A stretch of 64,000 nt of DNA from Acholeplasmataceae bacterium (GTDB lineage: Bacteria > Bacillota_I > Bacilli_A > Acholeplasmatales > Acholeplasmataceae), in assembly GCA_963675245.1 (NCBI GenBank), contig OY775910.1, forward strand, positions 928,001-992,000, given 5' to 3'. The notes below the pieces were generated by a model, which searched no databases, was not told the DNA's origin, and saw nothing but the letters and a program-made list of their open reading frames with translations. Shown in pieces: positions 52,603-62,123 of this stretch. Position numbers and translations under genes: made by a program. How positions within the stretch are numbered: position 1 is the first letter of the stretch; the number at the start of each line of letters is the position of its first letter.

Positions 52603-53265
52603 ATGTCACTAAGACATACATTACAAGAATCAATTGAAGAATTAAAACAAGAAGTCACAGGGATGGCAGATCTTGCACTTCATAATTTAAGGGAAGGATT
52701 AAAAGCATTTAAAGATGCTGACATGGAACTTGCCAAACAAGTCATTAAAGGTGATGATGATGTTGATTTTTATGAAGAAAAGATTGCCAAGCAAGCTTTA
52801 AAGATCATTTGGAAAGAACAACCAGTAGCAACTGATCTACGGTTTGTTACAGGTGTCTTAAAATTAATTACAGATTTAGAACGTATTGGGGATCATGCGA
52901 GTGACATTGCAGAAATGACACTTCATTTAGAGGGCAAGCAAAACAAACGCGTGTTACCTATTACATCAACAATGGCTGAAATCGTTGAAAAAATGGTTTT
53001 AAAAGCGATTGAAGCTTTAATAAGAATTGATGTGGAATTAGCAAATGAAGTCATAAAAATGGATGATGATGTTGACAGTTTGTTTAGAGAATTGATACTA
53101 AAGATGACATCAGAATTAAAACATGATAAAATTGACCCAAATGATGCCATCTATACATCAATGGTCGCGAAGTATTTTGAACGTGTTGGTGACCACGCCG
53201 TCAATATTGCACAATGGATTATTTTTATCGAAAAAGGCACACATAAGAATACACTGTTATTCTAA
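52603..53265 (+). CDS. phoU: Phosphate signalling protein PhoU
   Basis: QPVATDLR, DLERIGDHA, ERVGDHAVNIA. Confidence 0.96.
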   Translation: MSLRHTLQESIEELKQEVTGMADLALHNLREGLKAFKDADMELAKQVIKGDDDVDFYEEKIAKQALKIIWKEQPVATDLRFVTGVLKLITDLERIGDHASDIAEMTLHLEGKQNKRVLPITSTMAEIVEKMVLKAIEALIRIDVELANEVIKMDDDVDSLFRELILKMTSELKHDKIDPNDAIYTSMVAKYFERVGDHAVNIAQWIIFIEKGTHKNTLLF

Positions 53266-53276
53266 GGAGGATAAGC

Positions 53277-53939
53277 ATGCCACTTATATATTATGTAGAA
53301 GATGATCAAGCAATCAGTCATATCATTGAAAAGACCATTGAAAATGCCAGCTTAGAAGGTCAAGGGTTTTCAACAGGTGAAGCATTTATGGCTGCTTTCC
53401 GGAAACAAAGACCCGATTTTATTTGTTTGGATATTATGCTTCCTGATGTGTCAGGGATTGACCTACTAAAACTCATCCGTAAAGTGGATCGTGATGTACC
53501 CATTATGATGGTTTCTGCATTACAGAGCGAAATGGATAAAGTCATTGCTTTAGATGCAGGTGCTGATGATTATCTGACGAAACCTTTTGGTGTTTTAGAA
53601 TTAACATCCAGAATTAGAGCGAAGTTAAGAAAAACACAAGGTCCTATGACATATCTTTTTAACAATGTCATGATGGATGATCGTAAACATCAAGTTAAAA
53701 TTAATGATGAAGATGTTTACTTCACACAAAAAGAATACGACATTTTAAAATTATTATTAAAAAACGAGCATGATATCGCATCTAGAGAAGCGATTTTTAA
53801 GAGTGTTTGGGATACTGACTTTATCGGTGAAACAAGAACACTTGACATGCATATCAAATCGTTACGAAAAAAATTATCTGAACATGGCGCAGACATAGCG
53901 ATTAAGACTGTACGAGGCGTCGGTTATCATTTAAAATGA
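53277..53939 (+). CDS. phoP: OmpR-family response regulator (PhoP/PhoB)
   Basis: VEDD, LDIMLP, GADDY.TKPF, RTLDMHI..LR.KL, TVRGVGY; lies in the pst operon. Confidence 0.85.
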   Translation: MPLIYYVEDDQAISHIIEKTIENASLEGQGFSTGEAFMAAFRKQRPDFICLDIMLPDVSGIDLLKLIRKVDRDVPIMMVSALQSEMDKVIALDAGADDYLTKPFGVLELTSRIRAKLRKTQGPMTYLFNNVMMDDRKHQVKINDEDVYFTQKEYDILKLLLKNEHDIASREAIFKSVWDTDFIGETRTLDMHIKSLRKKLSEHGADIAIKTVRGVGYHLK

Positions 53940-55621
53940 AAAGGGCAATTATAAGAAACAATCTCTTGTTATTATTAGGAGCGTTTTTTATCTTTTTCAT
54001 CGTTGTCTTTTTTTCTTTATATACATTTGAAAAAAGGAATCAAGAAACCTTTATGGGGTTTTTATTAAACGAAGTCAATATTGCATATGAACAATACACG
54101 GGCACCGATAGTGAATTCGTTGATGATTATGGTTATGAAGATCGTAGAATCACCATTATGGATGAACATGCAGTCGTATTGGCTGATTCACACCATTCAG
54201 AAATAGGTTATGACGAAAGCGATCAATATGAGATTCTTAATTTAGGTCGTGTGGCATCCAGAGAATCTGCACATATCGGTGAACAGTTATTATATATCGC
54301 GATGCAATTAGATGATGGTGCTATCTTAAGAGTATCTATCCCACTTGCAACACAAACAAGATTATATAGCATTATCATATGGACATTAACGTTTGGTACG
54401 GTTGTGATTGGCGTCATTTATTATTATGGCTTAAAACAGGTCAATAAGAATCTTTTAAAACCTTGGAATTCTGTTAAAGAAGGACTGTTAGCATTAAATC
54501 AAGGTAAATATCAATTAATGAGTTTAACAAGCCCTTATCCTGAAATTAATGATATCCTTCATGAAATGAATACGATTAATGAAGAAACGTCAAAACATCT
54601 ATATCAAATTGAAGCCTATCATCATCAACTTGATCGTATTTTAAATAGTTTACAACAAGCAGTTCTATTGTTTAATGGCGATGAGAAGTTGACGTATTTT
54701 AACGCTGATGCAAAAGAACTCTTTAAATTAGATGATGATGACTTAATCGCACCTAGCTATTGGTTTATTAGAGATAATGACTTAAAACAAGCCATTCATG
54801 AAACGAATGTCAGTGGTGATGATTTAATCATGGACGTTTTATATGATGAAATCATATATGAAGTCAAAACGATTCATTTAGAGACAATAGAGGAATTTGG
54901 TGATCAACCTCGTATTCTTGTCATTCTTAAAGATGTGACACAACAAAGGCAACTTGAACAAGTCAAACGCGATTTTATTGCTCACGCTTCTCACGAGTTA
55001 AAATCACCTTTAACGGTTATTAAAGGTAATGCAGAACTGATTGAATTGGATATGTTGAAATCAAAGGAAGACATTAAAAATTCTGCCATTCAAATTAATA
55101 AGCAAACGATTCAAATGACAGCGTTAATTGAAGATATGCTTATGTTATCAAGGCTTGAAAACTTGACAGATAAACCACACGATGCATATGATCTATCTGT
55201 AATCTTAAGCGATGTTGTTGACCAGTTAAGCATAGAAGCGAAACAAAAAGATATGACATTAAATGTAGATGCTTCAAAAGTCACGATGATTTGTGATCCT
55301 CTAGATATACATAAATTGTTTAAAAATCTCATTGAAAATGCGATTAAGTATAGTGAAAATAAAAAAGCGATTCATATTAAATTAAAAAAAGAACAAAAAT
55401 TTATCACGTTTATTGTCAAAGATCATGGCATAGGAATACCCAAAGAACACCAACAAAGAATTTTTGAAAGGTTCTATCGTATTGACAAAGGAAGACTGGA
55501 TAAAGGCACAGGCTTAGGATTAGCCATTGTTAAGCATATCACACATAAGTATCATGGCGTCATTGGTTTGGAATCAAGTCTTCAAAATGGTACAGAAATT
55601 ACGATAAAATTTCATTTGTAG
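53936..55621 (+). CDS. phoR: Sensor histidine kinase (PhoR)
   Basis: Two TM segments, SHELKSPL, NLIENAIKY, DHGIGI, FERFYR, GTGLGL. Confidence 0.87.
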   Translation: MKRAIIRNNLLLLLGAFFIFFIVVFFSLYTFEKRNQETFMGFLLNEVNIAYEQYTGTDSEFVDDYGYEDRRITIMDEHAVVLADSHHSEIGYDESDQYEILNLGRVASRESAHIGEQLLYIAMQLDDGAILRVSIPLATQTRLYSIIIWTLTFGTVVIGVIYYYGLKQVNKNLLKPWNSVKEGLLALNQGKYQLMSLTSPYPEINDILHEMNTINEETSKHLYQIEAYHHQLDRILNSLQQAVLLFNGDEKLTYFNADAKELFKLDDDDLIAPSYWFIRDNDLKQAIHETNVSGDDLIMDVLYDEIIYEVKTIHLETIEEFGDQPRILVILKDVTQQRQLEQVKRDFIAHASHELKSPLTVIKGNAELIELDMLKSKEDIKNSAIQINKQTIQMTALIEDMLMLSRLENLTDKPHDAYDLSVILSDVVDQLSIEAKQKDMTLNVDASKVTMICDPLDIHKLFKNLIENAIKYSENKKAIHIKLKKEQKFITFIVKDHGIGIPKEHQQRIFERFYRIDKGRLDKGTGLGLAIVKHITHKYHGVIGLESSLQNGTEITIKFHL

Positions 55622-55649
55622 CTTTCATTAATTTTCATTAAAAAAAGAG

Positions 55650-55678
55650 TTGAAATATTAAGTCAAATTCTCTATAAT
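55650..55678 (+). promoter_or_regulatory. Sigma-A promoter of the nrd cluster
   Basis: TTGAAA (55650-55), 17 nt, TATAAT (55673-78). Confidence 0.82.
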
Positions 55679-55684
55679 GGATAT

Positions 55685-55810
55685 ACACATCAAATAATGA
55701 TGGTGCATTATGGGGATAAGGCATAATCGAGAGGGCGTGCAGACTAGCTGCAAGTCTTTTCAGTTACCTCTTACACTCATAAAGCATACTATGTATGCTT
55801 TATTTTTTTC
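55685..55810 (+). promoter_or_regulatory. Structured 5' leader with intrinsic terminator and competing antiterminator (unassigned attenuator/riboswitch)
   Basis: Perfect 11 bp stem ATAAAGCATAC/GTATGCTTTAT plus T6, between promoter and first gene; 55703-55714 can pair with 55776-55787. Confidence 0.7.
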
Positions 55811-55830
55811 ATAAAAAGGACTGATAACAC

Positions 55831-56205
55831 GTGGTTGTAACTTATGATACATTAACTGGACAATCGAAACGTTTCGCGACTAAAATCAGTGATCGGATAG
55901 AGGACGTGAATAGATATATTCCCAATCCTGATGACGAAATACTACTCGTTACTAGAACCTTCCGATTTGGCGAAATACCTGATACCACCAAACGCTTCTT
56001 AGACCGCTTTAGCAAGCAGGTTATCGCAGTTTGCGTTTCTGGAAATAAAAACTGGGGAAAAGCCTTCGGTGCTGCAGGTGATAAAATTCAAGCGCAGTAT
56101 GGCATACCATTGATACACAAATTTGAAGCATCTGGTTTTGATACAGATGTCAATATGGTCCAAGCGTGGATAGAAAACTACCAAAATAGAAAAGGGGAAC
56201 AATAG
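55831..56205 (+). CDS. nrdI: Class Ib RNR assembly flavoprotein NrdI
   Basis: YDTLTGQ..RF, T..FGEIP, SGNKNWG..FG.A, KFE.SG...DV. Confidence 0.93.
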   Translation: MVVTYDTLTGQSKRFATKISDRIEDVNRYIPNPDDEILLVTRTFRFGEIPDTTKRFLDRFSKQVIAVCVSGNKNWGKAFGAAGDKIQAQYGIPLIHKFEASGFDTDVNMVQAWIENYQNRKGEQ

Positions 56206-56207
56206 TT

Positions 56208-58169
56208 ATGGCAATGTTTAAGACAACAGAAGATTTAATCAAGAAATTTGTAGGGGCAGAAGAAGATAAGTATACAGATTATTTAAAAAGAGAAAATAGT
56301 AACTTTGTGGTCTCTTTACCACTTTTAAGAAAAAATATCTCCAACAAAGCTGAAGAAGAATATTTAATGAATCATATTTTTCCAAGAAAGCTAGTTGATT
56401 TATATGAAGACGGTGTCGTTTATATTCACGACAAACAACTATCATCTTACTGTCAATCTGTTTCATGTAAAGATGTTGCTACAAAAGGGATTCCATCGAT
56501 TGCTAAAAACATGTTAGAATCTGATGCAGCTTCTTCATTACCAACACTCATTCGTCATTTTTCAAATGTCGTAACGTTAATGAGTCAACAAGTTTCTGGT
56601 GCGGTCATGTTATCACAAATGACAACTGTTATGGCAAGTTATCTTTATGAAGAAGAAATGAATAGACAGTTTTATACCGAACATACGTTAACTAAAATGA
56701 TGTATCAACTTATTTATGAACTTAATTTACCACTTCGTTCTGGTTCAGAAAGTGCTTTTTCAAACTGTACATTAGAATTCGGCAAACCTTCAGAAGAAAT
56801 CAAAGATGAATATGTCATCATTGGTGGTGAAGGTATGAATTACAAATACAGTGATATTCCGAGTGACTATTTTGATCGAATCAATATCGCATTTATCAAT
56901 GCGATGGCAAAAGGAACGAAAAAAGGTATTCCATTAACGTTTCCGCTTATTACCGTGCAAATTGATGATAATTTCAATTATGATAATGATGTTTTCCATC
57001 ACTTATTAGATAGAATGTATCAATGGGGTGGTGTCTATTTTGAAAACTTTAGAACGAGACCTTTTACTGATCATTACTACACGCAATTAAACCCTTATAT
57101 TAAACCAAAAGACCCAAGTGTTTCAAGAAGTTTATGCTGCCGTTTAAATATTGACTTATCCGTTCTTTCCAGAGCTGGTGGTGGTATCTTTGGATCGTCA
57201 GTAGGTAATGTTGGCGCGATTCAAGTCTTGAATTTAAATATGAACCGTATGTTAATTGAATTCGGTCATGATAAAAAATTACTTAAACTAAAAATACGTG
57301 AATACCTGGAAGTGATGGAAGAAGGACACATGGCGAAACGCGCATGGGTCGAAAATCACAAGTTCTTATATCCGACATTCTTCGCATTCAACCACGATCT
57401 TAAAAACTATTTCAATGTCTTCGCCGTGACAGGTATGCATGAAGGGTTGATTAACAGTGGTTATCCAGAAGGTTTAAATGATGAAAATGGTAAACCATTT
57501 GCACATGAACTGATGCAATACATTTCAGAAATCATTAATGACTTTATTGTTCGTGATCATGTCGCTTGTGGTATTGAATATGCTCCTGCTGAAAATGCTG
57601 GTATTAAACTTGCGAGAAGTGATGTCAAGTGGGCAAGAAAAAATGATCGAGAAATCTTTGTTCAAGGACATGACGATGACGTTTATTTAACCTCAGGATG
57701 CATGTTACCATTTGGTGAAGAAGATTTCACGAAACAAGTTGAGAATGCTGCTGAATTCCAAGGTTATGCGACCTCTGGTTCAATTCTTCATCACTTTATT
57801 GAATCAAAGATTGAACCTGAAGTTCTATCGTCATACCTTCAAAATTTATTCTCAAAACCAATTAATTACATTACGCTTACACCAACCATTACGAGTTGCT
57901 TAGAATGTGGTACTAAGATTGTAGCCAAAGATGCGAAAGATGTCGTTACATGTCCAGTATGTGGGTCAACTGATATTGCATCTTACTCACGCGTCATTGG
58001 TTATGTACGTATGATTGCTCGTCAAAATGTAAAAGTTACTGAAGAGGGTTACTATCAGGGAGAATATAATTTCTGGAGTAGAGCTAGACGCCTGGATTGG
58101 GCTCAAAGACGCCGTTTCAATGATAATGATGCAGCACCTAAAGAAGTCGAACAACCATCAGTTGAATAA
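56208..58169 (+). CDS. nrdD: Class III anaerobic ribonucleoside-triphosphate reductase, NrdD2-like, no ATP cone
   Basis: ENSN, YIHD...YC, TFP, SLCCRL, EYAPAE, CLECG...CPVCG zinc site, SRVIGY glycyl-radical loop. Confidence 0.92.
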   Translation: MAMFKTTEDLIKKFVGAEEDKYTDYLKRENSNFVVSLPLLRKNISNKAEEEYLMNHIFPRKLVDLYEDGVVYIHDKQLSSYCQSVSCKDVATKGIPSIAKNMLESDAASSLPTLIRHFSNVVTLMSQQVSGAVMLSQMTTVMASYLYEEEMNRQFYTEHTLTKMMYQLIYELNLPLRSGSESAFSNCTLEFGKPSEEIKDEYVIIGGEGMNYKYSDIPSDYFDRINIAFINAMAKGTKKGIPLTFPLITVQIDDNFNYDNDVFHHLLDRMYQWGGVYFENFRTRPFTDHYYTQLNPYIKPKDPSVSRSLCCRLNIDLSVLSRAGGGIFGSSVGNVGAIQVLNLNMNRMLIEFGHDKKLLKLKIREYLEVMEEGHMAKRAWVENHKFLYPTFFAFNHDLKNYFNVFAVTGMHEGLINSGYPEGLNDENGKPFAHELMQYISEIINDFIVRDHVACGIEYAPAENAGIKLARSDVKWARKNDREIFVQGHDDDVYLTSGCMLPFGEEDFTKQVENAAEFQGYATSGSILHHFIESKIEPEVLSSYLQNLFSKPINYITLTPTITSCLECGTKIVAKDAKDVVTCPVCGSTDIASYSRVIGYVRMIARQNVKVTEEGYYQGEYNFWSRARRLDWAQRRRFNDNDAAPKEVEQPSVE

Positions 58170-58183
58170 GCATATAATTGATC

Positions 58184-58210
58184 AGCATCCCAGTTTGGGA
58201 TGCTTTTCTT
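58184..58210 (+). terminator. Internal terminator-like hairpin between nrdD and nrdG
   Basis: AGCATCCC-agttt-GGGATGCT followed by TTTCTT. Confidence 0.7.
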
Positions 58211-58223
58211 ACAAAGGATAGTT

Positions 58224-58898
58224 ATGAAGCCAATTAAGTATTATGAAAAAATTATTTTCTCACTAAGCGAGATTGAGAACCATCCCGTTCTTTTAGTGCA
58301 TGCGTTAACAGGATGTATGTTTCATTGTTATAAATGTTTCAACTATGAGGAACTCATTGAAAAGAAACATGATAAGTTTTATACCATTGATGATGTCTTA
58401 AAAACGATTGATAGACAAAAGAATATAATTGATTATATTTTATTTAGTGGGGGAGAGTATTTGCTTGCTCCAATTGAAAGTTTAATTCATGATTTAGAAC
58501 AAGTTAGAATGATCACTGATCGTAAAATTATCGTGTATACGACTGGCTATGAATTAGATAAAATGAAAGAACTTGTCAAGAGAAAGTTAATTGATGGTTT
58601 CCATATTGATATGAAACTCCCGTATCATTTATTAACGACAGATGATTTTGACCTCATAAAAAAAACCATGGGGATTCATGTAAAAGATCTAAAATTGATT
58701 CATAAATTAATGGAATCGATTGAATTTGTCGTTCAAAATGATAAGGGTTATAGTCAGGTTCGTTCAGTCAAATATCCATTTTTAGATGAGTCTGCATTTA
58801 TAGAGTGCAAATCATTTATAGATAGGCTTAATCGTTTGTATAATAGAAACATACCTTATTTTGCGAATCGGTTTTTGGATCCGTCTAAGGGGATATAA
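58224..58898 (+). CDS. nrdG: Radical SAM activase of class III RNR
   Basis: GCMFHCYKC (CX3CX2C), FSGGE, IDMK; follows nrdD. Confidence 0.85.
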   Translation: MKPIKYYEKIIFSLSEIENHPVLLVHALTGCMFHCYKCFNYEELIEKKHDKFYTIDDVLKTIDRQKNIIDYILFSGGEYLLAPIESLIHDLEQVRMITDRKIIVYTTGYELDKMKELVKRKLIDGFHIDMKLPYHLLTTDDFDLIKKTMGIHVKDLKLIHKLMESIEFVVQNDKGYSQVRSVKYPFLDESAFIECKSFIDRLNRLYNRNIPYFANRFLDPSKGI

Positions 58899-58914
58899 AT
58901 AAAGGGGTGTTTTT

Positions 58915-61014
58915 ATGGATAGAACGAGTATACCAGAGTGGATTTTACTCAATAATCAAATCGTTGACGAACATGGTGGGATTCGTGATTTGAATAAAGA
59001 TAAGGAAGCAGTAAAATCATATTTTTTAAATGAGGTCAATAAACGAACTCAATTTTTTCATTCGCTTGAGGAACAACTTAACTACCTCATTCGTAATGAT
59101 TATTACGAAGCAGAATTCTTAGCACTATATACGATGGAACAGATTCAAGCCATCTTTGATATCGCTTATCATAAACGTTTCCGTTTTCCTACTTATATGG
59201 GTGCGTTTAAATTTTACAATGACTACGCCTTGAAGTCGCGTGATAAAAAGGTCTTTTTAGAACGGTATGAAGACCGTTTATCTGTAACTGCTTTATATCA
59301 CGCAAACGGTGACTTTGAGATGGCAAAACGTATTATCGAACGTTTAATCAATCAAGATTTTACACCAGCTACGCCAACACTTTTAAATACGGGAAAAAAG
59401 AAGCGTGGTGAATTTGTATCTTGTTTCTTATTAGAAGCAGGAGATTCACTTAATGACATTTCACGTATTTCTGAATTTTCTATGCAGTTATCAAAAATTG
59501 GTGGTGGTGTTTCGATTAATTTAAACAACTTAAGAGCTAAAGGAGAAGCGATTAAAGATATTCCTAATGTATCTAAAGGTGTTGTAGGGGTTGCCAAGTT
59601 GCTTGATAATAATTTCAGATATGCAGATCAAATGGGTCAACGTACAGGGGCAGGCGCTGTTTATTTAAATGTATTTCATGCTGATATTGAAGATTTTTTA
59701 AATATCAAGAAGTTAAACGCTGATGATGATATTCGTGCAAAAACATTATCAATGGGTGTCGTCATTCCTGATAAGATGATTGAACTTGCAAGAGAAAATA
59801 AAGATATGTATGTTTTCTACCCACATACTGTCTTTAAAGCATATGGTAAAGATTTCTCTGATATTTCAATTGATATGAATCACTGGTATGATATTTTAGT
59901 GGATGATCCACGTGTCCGTAAGAGAAAGATTAATCCTCGTAAGCTATTAGACGCGATTGCGTCACTTCAAGGTGAATCAGGATATCCATACATTATGTTT
60001 TCTGATAATGTCAATCGTGTTAACGCTATGGCAGATCCGGTCAAATTTTCAAATTTATGTACTGAAATTCTACAACCAACAAAGACATCACATTATTCTG
60101 ACTATGATAAACATGATGAAGATGAAATTGGTATGGACGTCTCATGTAACCTTGCTTCAGGTCATATGGGTAATATGATTAAACATAACACCATCAAAGA
60201 AACTGTGTTTGCAGCGATGGATGTGATGAACTCCGTATCAGAACAAACAAATATTACATATGTTCCAGCGATTGCAAAAGCGAATCGCTTAAATCGCAGT
60301 GTAGGTTTTGGTATCATGGGTCACCATGGTTTTATTTCTGAAAACTTTATTCCTTATGGTAGTGATGAAGATATTGATTTAGTGGATGTATTCTTTAGTA
60401 TAGTTAACTATTATTCATTAGTTCATTCAATGGAAAAGGCAAAATTAACAAAACTTAAATTTTATAATTTTGAAACATCAACCTATGCTGACGGATCATA
60501 CTTTAATGATCGAAAAGCAGTATATCCAAAAACAGAACGTGTCAAAGAAATCATGAAGGATATCTATGTACCAACAGATGAAGATTGGCGACAACTTAAA
60601 GAAGATGTCATGACATACGGATTATATAATTCTCATCGTCTCGCTGTCGCACCTAATGGCTCTATCGGATATGTCATGAGTGCTACCCCTTCTTTAACAC
60701 CAATTAAACAATTGGTAGAAGAACGTACTTATGGTAATTCTAAAACGTATTTCCCAATGCCTGCATTAGAAACAGCAGAATTTATGTATGAAACTGCATA
60801 TGTGATGGATAACTACAAAGTGATTGATGTCATCGCGACTGCTCAGAAACATGTTGATCAAGGGATTTCCTTTGAATTAGCCATTACATCAGACATTACA
60901 ACAAGAGACCTTCAAAAATATTATTTATATGCACATCATAAAGGGATTAAAACACTTTATTATACGCGCACTAAAAAGTTAAAACTTGAAGAGTGCGAAG
61001 CGTGTGCGGTTTAG
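58915..61014 (+). CDS. nrdE: Class Ib ribonucleotide reductase alpha subunit
   Basis: LNN, ERYEDR, PATPT, SCFLL, GQR.GAG, SNLCTEI, SCNL, TLYY, C-terminal CEAC. Confidence 0.97.
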   Translation: MDRTSIPEWILLNNQIVDEHGGIRDLNKDKEAVKSYFLNEVNKRTQFFHSLEEQLNYLIRNDYYEAEFLALYTMEQIQAIFDIAYHKRFRFPTYMGAFKFYNDYALKSRDKKVFLERYEDRLSVTALYHANGDFEMAKRIIERLINQDFTPATPTLLNTGKKKRGEFVSCFLLEAGDSLNDISRISEFSMQLSKIGGGVSINLNNLRAKGEAIKDIPNVSKGVVGVAKLLDNNFRYADQMGQRTGAGAVYLNVFHADIEDFLNIKKLNADDDIRAKTLSMGVVIPDKMIELARENKDMYVFYPHTVFKAYGKDFSDISIDMNHWYDILVDDPRVRKRKINPRKLLDAIASLQGESGYPYIMFSDNVNRVNAMADPVKFSNLCTEILQPTKTSHYSDYDKHDEDEIGMDVSCNLASGHMGNMIKHNTIKETVFAAMDVMNSVSEQTNITYVPAIAKANRLNRSVGFGIMGHHGFISENFIPYGSDEDIDLVDVFFSIVNYYSLVHSMEKAKLTKLKFYNFETSTYADGSYFNDRKAVYPKTERVKEIMKDIYVPTDEDWRQLKEDVMTYGLYNSHRLAVAPNGSIGYVMSATPSLTPIKQLVEERTYGNSKTYFPMPALETAEFMYETAYVMDNYKVIDVIATAQKHVDQGISFELAITSDITTRDLQKYYLYAHHKGIKTLYYTRTKKLKLEECEACAV

Positions 61015-61022
61015 GAGAGTAT

Positions 61023-62123
61023 ATGCCAAAAACAAAAAAGATAACCAAACCGAATAAACCTTTTTTTGAGCCACCAATCGATTTTACAGGTGGCAATTGG
61101 AATGTGAACGAAGATACATTTACACAGTTTTTCTATGAACAAAATTTAAGTCAGTTTTGGCGTCCTGAAGATATCAGTTTACAACCTGATTTAAACGTGT
61201 GGCAAATTTTACCTGAAGAAGTTAAATTAGCATATGCACAAAACTTATTAATATTAACCTTTTTAGATACCTATCAAGGGGATATAGGCATGCCTGTTGT
61301 GTCTCGCTCAATGGATGAAAAATATCATCAAAGAAAAGCCGTTATTAATTTTATGGCTGCGATGGAAAATGCCGTACACGCGAAAAGTTATTCAAATATT
61401 TTCATGACGTATTTACCTACGACAACTATTGATGAACTATTCAATTGGGGTGAACAAAATGAAAACCTTCAAAATATTATGAGTTTAATCGTTGGCACAT
61501 ACGAAACGTTAGATCGTTATAATTATTTAAAAAAATATGATGCTGAACAAGTGACCTTCTCAACTGAAGATTTTAATGAAGCACAATGGAAGGCTATGGC
61601 AGCGAGCGTCTTTTTAGAAACATGGTTATTCTACAGTGGTTTCTACTATCCATTATATTTTTATGGTCAAGGAAAGCTGATGCAAGCAGGAGAAATCATT
61701 AACTTAATTTTAAGAGATGAAAGTATTCATGGCTTATATATCGGCAGGCTTGCTCAAGAAGTATATGATACATTTAATGATGAGAAACAAAAAGAATTAA
61801 AAATCTGGTTAGATGACCTTCTAGATAAGCTCTATAAGGAACAATCTGCCCTTGTAGAGACAGTTTATGATCCAGTTGACCTCTCGCACGATGTGAAGGT
61901 CTTCGTTCGATATAACGCCAATAAAGCGTTAATGAACCTAGGGTTTGACCAAGCATTTCCAAATGAAGAAGTGAATCCGGTTGTTATTAATGGATTAAAT
62001 ACAGAAACAAAGACAATGGACAATTTCTCAATGAAAGGAAATGGTTATCAAAAAATGAAAAGTGAAATGTTAAAAGATTCAGATTTCTATTTTGACACAA
62101 AGCCAATTGGAGGTAACAAATGA
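61023..62123 (+). CDS. nrdF: Class Ib ribonucleotide reductase beta subunit
   Basis: QFW.PE, LDT.Q, MENAVHAKSYS, FLE..LFYSGF, RDESIHG, RYNANKAL, FSMKGNGY. Confidence 0.96.
   Translation: MPKTKKITKPNKPFFEPPIDFTGGNWNVNEDTFTQFFYEQNLSQFWRPEDISLQPDLNVWQILPEEVKLAYAQNLLILTFLDTYQGDIGMPVVSRSMDEKYHQRKAVINFMAAMENAVHAKSYSNIFMTYLPTTTIDELFNWGEQNENLQNIMSLIVGTYETLDRYNYLKKYDAEQVTFSTEDFNEAQWKAMAASVFLETWLFYSGFYYPLYFYGQGKLMQAGEIINLILRDESIHGLYIGRLAQEVYDTFNDEKQKELKIWLDDLLDKLYKEQSALVETVYDPVDLSHDVKVFVRYNANKALMNLGFDQAFPNEEVNPVVINGLNTETKTMDNFSMKGNGYQKMKSEMLKDSDFYFDTKPIGGNK

Noticed and set aside
55680..55705. NrdR box near the nrd promoter
   Set aside because: ACATCAAATAATGATG has many mismatches to the ACACWATATATWGTGT-type consensus and I see no second box
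55694..55750. Purine/2'-dG riboswitch (GATAAGG and GACTA words), fluoride riboswitch (GATGGTG) or PyrR loop (AATCGAGAGG) in the nrd leader
   Set aside because: Only about 20 nt separate GATAAGG and GACTA, with no TCTAC or CCGTAAA; the fluoride 3' motif is absent; the PyrR consensus is incomplete
61023..62123. Possible metal-free class Ie RNR beta subunit, as in some Mollicutes
   Set aside because: The metal ligands are canonical (LDT Asp, ENAVH, FLE, DESIH); the class Ie substitutions are absent
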